From positions 448,001-512,000 of the forward strand of contig CAWIIP010000004.1 of the NCBI GenBank assembly GCA_963836235.1: a DNA stretch of 64,000 nt, given 5' to 3'. The notes beneath the pieces are model-generated. The model saw only the letters and a program-made list of their open reading frames with translations. It did not search any database and was not told where the DNA came from. This DNA is from an uncultured Pseudomonadota bacterium (GTDB lineage Bacteria; Oederibacteriota; Muellerivitia; Muellerivitales; Muellerivitaceae). This document shows, piece by piece, positions 38,320 to 46,985 of this stretch; positions within the stretch are counted from its first letter, which is position 1; every line of letters starts with the position of its first letter. The position numbers were made by a program, and so were the translations under genes.

Positions 38320-38913
38320 GTGAGCCTGTTCAAAAAAATAGGCGCGCTGGCGTTTTTTTTCCTGACAGTGTTGTTGGTTCAATGGGGTTATTTCGTGTCG
38401 GTTTATTCTTCTGTGGTCCAAAATTCTTCTTCCGTCGAACTCATGGTGGTTTACAGCGGCTATACGACTCTCTTTCAAGTATGGGATAAAGCCAATGAAT
38501 TTAAACCGGCCAAACTCCTGATTTCAGGAGTCGATTGGCCCATGAATGAAATCACGGCAACCCGGCCCAAGGAGTGGATCTCTCCCAAACTTTTGGTGGA
38601 GGGCCGAGCCCGAACCACGGATCAGAATGCCAGGTATTCGGCTCCTCTCATTCGAACTTCGGGAGTGAATTCGATAGTATTGTTACGTCCCTGGTTTCAC
38701 CTGCCCCGGGCCCTTTTTTTGACGAGGCTTTACCTCCGGGGAAGCGGCATTCAAGTGACGCCAGTTTTTCTCGGCGGTCTACCGGCCGATTGGTGGCTTC
38801 GGAAAGAATTTTGGTTTGAGATGATCAAGTTTTGGGGAAGCCTGTTCAGGGTTGGTTTAGCCGGGCTTGGAATCGAAGAATGGCCGCAACATTTGGGGAA
38901 ATGGAGTTTTTAA
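38320..38913 (+). CDS. YdcF/DUF218 family protein, copy 3
   Basis: RARTTDQNARYSAP, FHLPRALFLTRLYL.GSG, KFWGSL. Confidence 0.75.
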   Translation: MSLFKKIGALAFFFLTVLLVQWGYFVSVYSSVVQNSSSVELMVVYSGYTTLFQVWDKANEFKPAKLLISGVDWPMNEITATRPKEWISPKLLVEGRARTTDQNARYSAPLIRTSGVNSIVLLRPWFHLPRALFLTRLYLRGSGIQVTPVFLGGLPADWWLRKEFWFEMIKFWGSLFRVGLAGLGIEEWPQHLGKWSF

Positions 38914-39018
38914 ATAACCCGCCGTGCCGAACCGAAACCAGCGCGGAAGGGTGATTGGAAAGAGGCGAGTGTCATATGATGCTTCTGGAAACAAATAAGC
39001 GGATGGGAACAAAAGGCA

Positions 39019-40254
39019 ATGCCTAAAATTTTGGTTTTATGTGAATACTATCATCCGGACGATGTCGCGGCGGCCAAGTTTTACACGGACTTTTGTGAGG
39101 GCCTCACGGATAAAGGCTGGGAAGTGGAAGTTTGGCCCGCGAACCGCAGCTGCCACCATTATCAAGACCAATATCCTCTTCAAAAGGAAGACCGCAATGG
39201 CGTCGTCGTCAGGCGGATCTGGCGTCCCGCCTGGCGCCAACATTCCTTTTGGGGCCGCATCCTTAATTCCCTTTGGACCCAAAAATATTGGTGGTGGCGG
39301 CTCGCCTTTTCGTTCGGCGTCAGGCCGGACGTGATTCTCACCGGAACGGCCCCTCTTTTCGGCATCCTGCTTTCCCCTTTCTTGAGGTTTCTCAGGCCGA
39401 AAGCCCGGATCGTTCATTGGTGTTTCGACCTCTATCCCGAAATCGCGATCGGCGACGGCCTGATTGCCGAAAAGGGAATCATCGCCAAAGTGATCCGGTT
39501 CTTCCTAAAAAGGGCCTACCGCTCCTGTGATCTCGTCGCGGATTTGGGCCCCTGCATGGGGCGGCTTTTAAACCGATATTCCACTAAGCCAAGCGTGACC
39601 CTGAATCTCTGGTCCACGCTGGAACCTCCCGAGCGCTTGGCTTATGAGAGTTCCGAGAGAAGGGAAATCTTCGGGGAAAGCTCCTTAGGCCTCTTTTATT
39701 CCGGAAGTTTTGGAAGGGGACATGATTTTTATTTGACTTTAAAGTTGGCCCGTCTGATGCGTGGCTCCGCCATTTTCACTTATAGCGACCGGGGAAGCCG
39801 CCTGAATGACTTGAAAGGGGCGGTCAACCCGGAGGACACCAACATCCGTTTCGCCCCCTTCGCGCCACCCGACCGCCTTTTAGCGCGGTTATCCGCGCCT
39901 GATGTCCAGATTGTTTCATTAAGGCCCGAATGGTCCGGGATGATGGTGCCGTCCAAGTTTTTTGGCGCCCTGGCCGTGGGCAGGCCCGTTTTGTTTGAGG
40001 GCAGCGAGGATTCCGACATCGCCTTGTGGATCAAGGAATATGGGTTGGGCTGGGTTTTAAAGGCGGATAACCTGGATTTCGTTGCGGAAGAACTTCTTCG
40101 TTTTTCGAAAAATCAAGACCGAAAAAACGACATGTTCAAACATTGCCATGAAATCTACCAAGCCCATTTCACCAAAAAAGCCGTCATGGACAAGTGGGAT
40201 TATGAGTTGAGAGCCCTCCTTTCCCCAACGCCACTCACCAACCAAGAAAAATGA
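39019..40254 (+). CDS. GT4 glycosyltransferase (WcaI/WbuB-like), copy 2
   Basis: Colinear paralog of 19775..20980: YYHPDD, WCFDLYPE, VPSKFFGALAVGRP. Confidence 0.85.
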   Translation: MPKILVLCEYYHPDDVAAAKFYTDFCEGLTDKGWEVEVWPANRSCHHYQDQYPLQKEDRNGVVVRRIWRPAWRQHSFWGRILNSLWTQKYWWWRLAFSFGVRPDVILTGTAPLFGILLSPFLRFLRPKARIVHWCFDLYPEIAIGDGLIAEKGIIAKVIRFFLKRAYRSCDLVADLGPCMGRLLNRYSTKPSVTLNLWSTLEPPERLAYESSERREIFGESSLGLFYSGSFGRGHDFYLTLKLARLMRGSAIFTYSDRGSRLNDLKGAVNPEDTNIRFAPFAPPDRLLARLSAPDVQIVSLRPEWSGMMVPSKFFGALAVGRPVLFEGSEDSDIALWIKEYGLGWVLKADNLDFVAEELLRFSKNQDRKNDMFKHCHEIYQAHFTKKAVMDKWDYELRALLSPTPLTNQEK

Positions 40255-40570
40255 GACATCAAAAGATGAAGGATCCATTGCCCGAATGTGATGAAAGCCG
40301 GGGACGCCGGACTTTTAGGTCCGTCACGGCTAGTTTTTGGTGAGGTGCTCCTTTTCGTTGATAACCCCCCGCCAGCTTCGCGCCTTTTGGGTAACCGCCA
40401 ACCATTAAAAAACGGACAATTTATGGGCTATGAACCGCTTGGGTTAAAGCGAAAACCTTTTTTTCCTAAAATTTTATTTGACGAAAAACATTTTTTGGAA
40501 ATATCCTCCCCGCCATCAAGCTTCTTTAAAAATTTCATGGGCTTGAAATTTATTTTCTGGAGGAACGTTT

Positions 40571-41992
40571 ATGGAACCGATTTTGCTTCAAATCCCTGTC
40601 GCCAGGATAAGACCCAACCCCAACAACTCCCGCCCAGTGATTACCCACGAAATGATCGAGATCAAGAAAGCCTCACTCGAGGCCGACGGCCAGTTGGACC
40701 CCATCAAGGTTCGACCCCTCACCCAGGAGGAAAAGGCTTCCGACCCGGAGCATGACTATGAGCTCATCGGGGGCCATATCCGGCTGGAGGCCGCCAAAAG
40801 CCTGGGCTGGGAAACCTTGAGGGCTTTGGTCTTTGCCTATACCCCCGCCGAAGCCGTCCTGCCTGGCATCATGGACAACAAGGGCCAGGAAAGGCATTGG
40901 TTCTGTAAGTACCTGGATATCGAAGTCTTGTTGAAGGTATACCCGGACCTCTCCCAAAGACAGCTGGCCAACCGGCTGGAAATGAGCAAAACCGTCATAA
41001 ACGAAGGTTTAAAACTATTAAAGTTCCTTAATCCATCCGCAAGGGAGTTGGTTGTCCGCACTGCGAACATAACAGAGCCTGCTACGACCTCAAGTGTCCG
41101 CAGTGCGGACACTACGGAACCTTCAAAAGCCTCAGATGTCCGCACTGCGGACACCATGGAGACGCCAGAAGACCCATGGGAGCTGGCGGAAGCCCCCGTC
41201 TATTGCCTCATGGACCTGGCGAACCCTCAAATGTCCTTGGAAGATATCCAGGACCTCATCTTAAAAGCCTTAAAAGTGGTCATTGACCGTCAAATGAGCG
41301 AATCCCAGGTGGAAAAACTGGTCGTTTGGATTGAAAAGGGCAACAGCCCCGAAAGTTTTGAGGATAAGGCTGAGCAGGTTCCTAACGAGGACCCCAACGA
41401 CCCCCATTCCTCTTATTGGACGGCCCTCCCCCCAAACGTCAAGGTAACCCGGACCAAAAAGGGATATGAAGTGCACGCCTCCCTGGCCCATAACGAGGGA
41501 GTACCGGTGGTTTATGGGATGTTGTCGAACCTCGAACACCTCAAACTGTTGTCGAAGGAACCCCATGACCCGCAATTCCGAAGCAAGCTGGAAGGGGTGA
41601 TGGAAGAGGGGAGAAAAGCCCGGATCACCGCGAGGGAAGAGGTGGCCAAACAGGAAGCGGAACGCCAGGCGGCCCTTCAAGCGAAGGCCCAAGCCAAGGC
41701 CCGAAAGGTGGAAGCGAAAGCCCAGAAAGCTGCCGCACGGAAACAGGGTAGGCAAACAACAGCCGATTCGGCCAAGCCCACTTTGACAAATGGGGAAGGG
41801 GAGGGATTTGTGGAAAAAACATCCCGGGTAAGCCTATGGGTTCGAATCGCGGAAATACTGAAGCAAAAGACCGGCATGGATGGGGGTGATGTGGTGGATG
41901 CCGTCGAGGGCAACCTTTGGAAAGACCTTAAGTCAGCGATTAATACCGTCATTAAGCAAATCATACGACGGTTTTTGAAACGAGCGTTTTAA
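40571..41992 (+). CDS. Orphan ParB/Srx-domain DNA-binding protein with internal repeat and long C-terminal region
   Basis: IPVARIRPNPNNSR, SL..DGQLDPIKVR, YELIGGHIRLEAAKSLGWETL, HTH LSQRQLANRLEMSKTVINE; GGAGG Shine-Dalgarno; no parA nearby. Confidence 0.82.
   Translation: MEPILLQIPVARIRPNPNNSRPVITHEMIEIKKASLEADGQLDPIKVRPLTQEEKASDPEHDYELIGGHIRLEAAKSLGWETLRALVFAYTPAEAVLPGIMDNKGQERHWFCKYLDIEVLLKVYPDLSQRQLANRLEMSKTVINEGLKLLKFLNPSARELVVRTANITEPATTSSVRSADTTEPSKASDVRTADTMETPEDPWELAEAPVYCLMDLANPQMSLEDIQDLILKALKVVIDRQMSESQVEKLVVWIEKGNSPESFEDKAEQVPNEDPNDPHSSYWTALPPNVKVTRTKKGYEVHASLAHNEGVPVVYGMLSNLEHLKLLSKEPHDPQFRSKLEGVMEEGRKARITAREEVAKQEAERQAALQAKAQAKARKVEAKAQKAAARKQGRQTTADSAKPTLTNGEGEGFVEKTSRVSLWVRIAEILKQKTGMDGGDVVDAVEGNLWKDLKSAINTVIKQIIRRFLKRAF
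41053..41153. repeat. Three 17-bp palindromes at 42-bp period inside the ParB-like gene
   Basis: TGTCCGCA-C-TGCGAACA (41053-41069), TGTCCGCA-G-TGCGGACA (41095-41111), TGTCCGCA-C-TGCGGACA (41137-41153). Confidence 0.95.
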
Positions 41993-42043
41993 GGAAATGG
42001 TTTTTGACCAGACCACTTCAATTTTGGTTAAAGGACTCGTTTG

Positions 42044-42079
42044 GGACGCGAACCCCCGCTGAAGGGGTTCGCTCCTTTT
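42044..42079 (+). terminator. Probable intrinsic terminator after the ParB-like gene
   Basis: Stem GCGAACCCC (42048-42056) / GGGGTTCGC (42064-42072), extendable by GGA/TCC, followed by TTTT. Confidence 0.55.
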
Positions 42080-42543
42080 AACCCATTGGTCCGGGTAGAA
42101 AGGATTCGCCAGGCCGGACACCGATTTTCAGAGTAGTTATAATCTTCGGAACATTCGGAAACTTCTGCTAATCAACAACCTGACGAGAAGCTTAACGAAT
42201 CAAGACGTGGCTGTCTTCGGCACTTGCATTGCGGCCTCAAAAGCGGTATCAAGATTTAATGTGGGGATAGCTTATATGCCCGGGGTGGCCTCCGGGTTTA
42301 TGGCCGCTTTGGGGGAATAAAGGGGCGTACTTGGGGTGATGGGCGGAAAGAGTAGTTGGTGTATGGTTCACGGATTGTTATCATCCCATGAGACGTTTTT
42401 CTGCCAAGCGGGACTGAACGGGTATAAATTTTTGACCTTAATGGAAAATCGAAGCGACCCATGAAAAGCGGGCGGAAAATCGCAGTACTTATTTCAGGAC
42501 CAATTTTCAAAACTGATTACCGCAGTATGAACCGGAGTTTGTC

Positions 42544-43889
42544 ATGTTAAAAAACGAACAGACATACACTATTATTGATCATTCGAAATTAAAATTTTAC
42601 GTGTTTGTTCTTTTCTGTTTTATGTTCAGTTTACGATTACTCATCATTTTATGGCAGCCAATGAGTGACAAATACTACAGCGATAAAAGTTATGACATCA
42701 GTGAGTTTTTTCACGGAGGACAGTTAATCAACCATGGTATTAATCCATATAATTGGAATGATAATCCCCAGGAAAGATATAAGCTTCATATGGAATCTTT
42801 TCCAAACGATCCAATGATTCCAACTTCGCAAGAACAGTGGAATTTTCAAACGAGTGCCAATTTACCGTTGACACTCATTTTTGATGCAGCATTAGATAAA
42901 TTATTTCCCAATAACCCATTCATATTTCGCATAGCCTTTGCAATAGCCGATTCCCTGGCTGGTGTATTTATTTTTCTTTATATCATTAGGTATTGGGAAA
43001 TTGTTCCAAATTTTAAAAATAAATTATTTATCCTGGGGCTTTGTTGTCCGCTGATATTTCTTTATGAGGGAACCGTGTGGGGCGAGGATAAAGGTGTTCA
43101 AATCCTTTTAATGTTGATGGCAATTTATTACAGCCGCTCCTCGAATAAAATGATCAGGTTATATCTAAGCCCAATCTTTCTCGGTATGAGCGTCGCTTTC
43201 AAAGCAATAGGCATTTTTATCGCGCCAATATGTTTGTATTATGTCTTTATTGAAAAAAATAATGCGAAAACGAAGAATGTTTTAAACTATTTAATGATTA
43301 GCCTTTCCATTGTGCTTATAAGTTTAACCCCCTTTTTCCCAGATGAATTTACGATGATAAAAGTACGCTTGTCAAAGGGTCTTTCCTGTTCTGAGGGCCC
43401 ATTTTCCGCTTCCATGTGGAGGATATTTTGCGAATTAACGCCAACCCTATGGCTTCAAATAAAATTATTTTTTTCATTATTTTTTATGGGGTTGATCTTA
43501 TATGGCTTTGTGCGTCGGATTTTTTCCTTGGAAATAATAACAGCGTCTTTACTTTTGTTGTTCGTGGTGGTTCTTCTTATTGATGGAGGCATGGACCGTT
43601 ACAATATGGCGGTATTAACGTCTTTGGTTATCATGGGCCATAAAAATTTAACCTATGTTTTTTGGCTTGGATGGTATTACATCCTTGGCGGAGCATTTTT
43701 GTTTTTTACTTAGCATTAATAAAAATGCATAAAGTTTTCCCTTTATTCCCTACATTAAGCTTTTTAGGTCAAGATTATTTGGAAAGCTTGCTTTTGCTCG
43801 GATTTATTTTTTTATTTGTAATTCAAATGATTTCATTTTGTTTAAACTCAAATAAAATCAATGCTGAACAATATTCCTTTTCGAAGTAA
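42544..43889 (+). pseudogene. Multi-TM GT-C-like membrane protein, apparently frameshifted near the 3' end
   Basis: ORF 42544..43713 (G.NPY, LPL, GMSVAFK) stops just after a T6 run (43702-43707). One extra T joins it to the hydrophobic frame ending at 43889. Confidence 0.55.
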
Positions 43890-43901
43890 ACATTTGTCGT
43901 C

Positions 43902-43927
43902 AATGGCGACCCATTCGGGTCGCCATT
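43902..43927. terminator. Perfect 11-bp hairpin between convergent genes
   Basis: AATGGCGACCC-attc-GGGTCGCCATT, 12 nt after the stop at 43889. Confidence 0.55.
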
Positions 43928-44104
43928 TGGGCGAGTCTCTAAACCCCACGGTGTTGCGAGGTGGGGCCCCTGTCCTCCTGTTAATTTTTATCCAGTTTTT
44001 TGATGATATGCCCAATAATTAGGGATTCATACTGGCCACCCAGCGGCAATGGTCCCCCTCGGGGTGATACACTCCGCCGCTTCGTCCACGCAAACGACTA
44101 AACT

Positions 44105-44188
44105 GCGGCTATCCACAGCATTACCCACAATGTTTTCCACGAATGATTTCAAACGCTTTTAAACTCCACAAGGTTTTTGATGATGGCC
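44105..44188. repeat. 84-bp direct repeat, copy A
   Basis: Ungapped match to 45524-45607, 70/84 identical by manual count. Confidence 0.85.
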
Positions 44189-44241
44189 CGGCGGAAAATC
44201 ATTAAAAGGATTGTATGGTTAATCAAACGCTTAATTCCGTT

Positions 44242-45474
44242 TTAAAATTTCCACGGCCGGGCGATAGGATTAACTTCCATCGTCCGGACGACCATAACTA
44301 AACAACAAAAAGTGGTTAAAAACCAGGTTCCCGCCACCACCCAGTCATAGGTGTGAAAAACGGCGTCGTGCTGTCCCCCAACCATGGCTAAACGAAACCG
44401 ATCGGGGCACCATGTTAAGAATATGCCGAGAATCAGCAAAATTTTAAACCATTGATCCTTAAAGAAGGACTTAAACAGGAGCAAGGTCGGAAAAATCAAA
44501 AACACATAATTCGTAATTTCATTGTATACAACGGTCATCGCCACAAAAGAAAGCATGCTCAAGATTAGTAGATCGTCCGTCGTTCTATTCAAGAAACAAA
44601 TCCAGGCCGCGGCAGAAAGCAGAATTACGGATAGTAAGAAAGGTAAATACGAAGGGACATGAAGACCGCTGGATGCAAAAAAGGCAAAAAAATCAAGATA
44701 GCCTCCACTTAACATGTCTGAATCGAGTTTTAAAACTTCCGCGATCAGAGTAAATGGATTGACGTTGATCCAAAAGGAAACGAACAAGTGCAAGCCCAAG
44801 TGAACCGCTAAGGCGATCAGCAAAGGGCGGAATTGCCTTTTGTAAAGGAAATAAAGAGAGAAAGGAATCATGACTTGCGGTTTAATGAATGATAGGGCCA
44901 GGAAAAACCCGGAAAGGTTCGGTTTGGTGTCGAGATACCTCAACGCGTAAGAGAAAAAGCAAAGACAAAATATTGATTGTTGACCGAAACCGACAACGGT
45001 TCTCCAGGGGGAACCTATCAAGAACAAACAACAAATAGATAAATAAACCTGGAGCGGTCTTTTCCCTAAAAAGGTCTTGAAAACATTAAAAAGGGATAAA
45101 AAGGTGAACAAAAGATTGGACGCCAACCATAAATATTTCGCCGCAGTCCAGGGGAAGGCCGCGTAGGGCCATAAAAGCATATAGCCGGATGGAAAATAGT
45201 GTGGATCCTGAAAATGCGGATCTTGATAAGTTGGATCATGAAATCCCTTGCGTTTCGTGGTTTCCGAGATTTGATGCGAGATGCAGATTTGATACGGATC
45301 GTTTCTATCCAATAAAATTCGGGCCTTGTCCCATTCAAAATCCATGCTATCAATAGGTTTCGAAGTTGCGTCGTGGATTCCTTTTGTGCCGGCCATCGTT
45401 GCCAGAAAAATTAAAATGACCGGAATGATGAATTTGTATTTTAAAATAATTGCATCAACTTTCTCAGGCATCAT
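44242..45474 (-). CDS. GT87/DUF2029-like membrane glycosyltransferase, copy 1
   Basis: DF.W..A..LL...DPY, PHYFPS...LLWPYA..PW..AK.LW...N, GQQS, LALSFIKP. Confidence 0.72.
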   Translation of the reverse strand: MMPEKVDAIILKYKFIIPVILIFLATMAGTKGIHDATSKPIDSMDFEWDKARILLDRNDPYQICISHQISETTKRKGFHDPTYQDPHFQDPHYFPSGYMLLWPYAAFPWTAAKYLWLASNLLFTFLSLFNVFKTFLGKRPLQVYLSICCLFLIGSPWRTVVGFGQQSIFCLCFFSYALRYLDTKPNLSGFFLALSFIKPQVMIPFSLYFLYKRQFRPLLIALAVHLGLHLFVSFWINVNPFTLIAEVLKLDSDMLSGGYLDFFAFFASSGLHVPSYLPFLLSVILLSAAAWICFLNRTTDDLLILSMLSFVAMTVVYNEITNYVFLIFPTLLLFKSFFKDQWFKILLILGIFLTWCPDRFRLAMVGGQHDAVFHTYDWVVAGTWFLTTFCCLVMVVRTMEVNPIARPWKF

Positions 45475-45523
45475 TCAGTTGTTTTCCATTCCTATGACCG
45501 TCAATCTGAAAACTTCCAGCAAA

Positions 45524-45607
45524 GCGGTTATCCAAGGCATCACCCAGAATGTTTTCCACTGATGATTTCAACCTATTTTTATCTCCACGAGATTTTTGAT
45601 GATGGCC
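45524..45607. repeat. 84-bp direct repeat, copy B
   Basis: Ungapped match to 44105-44188. Confidence 0.85.
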
Positions 45608-45721
45608 ACCGGTAAAACCTTAACAGGATAATACCATCATCCCCTTGAGAATAGTTTTCTAACGGTCAAATTACATCATCCGCCCAGTCAGGGCGGTGTT
45701 GGCTTCATCTTATTGATCGTT

Positions 45722-46633
45722 TTAATCAGATCGGCTTCGCTGGGATAAAATTCTAAAGAAGGCTTTGGCGATTGAAATGATTTCGTTGGGCCATAGAAAT
45801 GGAATGAGCCGAAAGCGTTTTTTGAGAAGGGCCATTACCTCGGCTGATTTTCGCTCATGAATTGCCTCCACGAGTAAGTTGGTATAACGCCTGCCTTTGA
45901 AATAAACGGCCGCGCGCCATCCGAGTTCCTCACGAATCCGGTCATAATGGCGCAGATAATTTTCTAAAGCCTTTGTCTTATATTCATAGGCGTTTTTGTT
46001 CAAAGAAGTATCGAGGTGGACTAGGGCCAGAACTTCAGGGATCACGGCCAGTTGAAAATCAAAAAATATCCTTTGGAGGAATTCATCATCCTCGCTGTCA
46101 CGAAATTCGGCTACCAAACCGGCTTTCATCAGGCAAATTCGCCGGAATAATACGATCGGAGTCAAAAATCCGATCTTATCCAGGACGAATTGACGAAGCG
46201 TATCCCGCTCCCAAGCTTTTCGGGGGCTGTAAAAGGCCGGATGATGGGTATCCCCGTTTTTGATGATTTTGGCCCCACAGAAGCAAACCCCTATCTCCGG
46301 CGGTTCCTTCTCCATTCTTTCCACCTGCTTGGCCAATTTGTCGGGCAGCCACTCATCGTCGCTGTCAAGAAACGCGATATAGTCACCTTGAGCCGCTTTC
46401 AACCCAAGGTTGCGGGCGGCTCCCGGCCCCTGGTTTTTCGGGTTAATAAGCCATTTGATTCGGGTGTCTTTTTCAAGGTAAGGTTTGACGACTTGTCCCG
46501 TTTTATCGGTCGAGGCATCATCGCAGATGAATATTTCGATGTCTTTTAAGGTTTGATTTTGAGCGCTTAGTAAAGCCCGTTCAATCATCGAGGCGCGGTT
46601 ATAAGTTGGAATGATCACCGACACTTTTGGCAT
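45722..46633 (-). CDS. GT2 glycosyltransferase
   Basis: VSVIIPTYNR, DDASTD, GPGAARNLG, AFLDSDDEW. Confidence 0.9.
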   Translation of the reverse strand: MPKVSVIIPTYNRASMIERALLSAQNQTLKDIEIFICDDASTDKTGQVVKPYLEKDTRIKWLINPKNQGPGAARNLGLKAAQGDYIAFLDSDDEWLPDKLAKQVERMEKEPPEIGVCFCGAKIIKNGDTHHPAFYSPRKAWERDTLRQFVLDKIGFLTPIVLFRRICLMKAGLVAEFRDSEDDEFLQRIFFDFQLAVIPEVLALVHLDTSLNKNAYEYKTKALENYLRHYDRIREELGWRAAVYFKGRRYTNLLVEAIHERKSAEVMALLKKRFRLIPFLWPNEIISIAKAFFRILSQRSRSD

Positions 46634-46985
46634 TTAAAAGGTTCCGCCCGCAAGTTGATGGACTAATTCTAGCCCGGCCATTATCCTTCGGAATTTCATC
46701 TTCGGAAGAACGAAAAATATTTATTCTTGTTTTCCGCCGCCGCACCGCATTCGGTTGCGGGAAATCCTGAATCGATAAGGGCTATTCCGGAAAAAACCGC
46801 AAATTTTGCAAAGGCCTCCAGGATCAAATCGCAAGGAATTGCTTTCAGAAAAACCCGATTCAGGGAAACCGTGCCGGATTTGATATAATTAAAGAATGCG
46901 AATGGGACTATCCGGGAAAAACCTTGCTTTTTTCAACTTTCTCCGGGAATATTGACGAAGATTCAACCACAACGCCTTCATTTGA

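Noticed and set aside
40288-40755. 155-aa ORF upstream of and overlapping the ParB-like gene (possible ParA)
   Set aside because: No Walker A motif, overlaps the ParB-like gene out of frame, and spans a likely promoter (TTGACG 40478 / TATCCT 40502)
41053-41153. CRISPR mini-array
   Set aside because: Only three 17-bp repeats, spacers are related to each other, the array is in-frame within a gene, and no cas genes are present
42080-42543. Possible ncRNA or small gene in the long intergenic region after the ParB-like gene
   Set aside because: Only short hairpins and motif-less short frames; no tRNA, riboswitch or attC pattern I could support without an Infernal/Rfam search
44109-44141. Three DnaA-box-like 9-mers at 12-bp spacing (possible origin)
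   Set aside because: Each has a mismatch, they are poorly kept in repeat copy B, and the periodicity is explained by W-x3-W-x3-W codons on the minus strand
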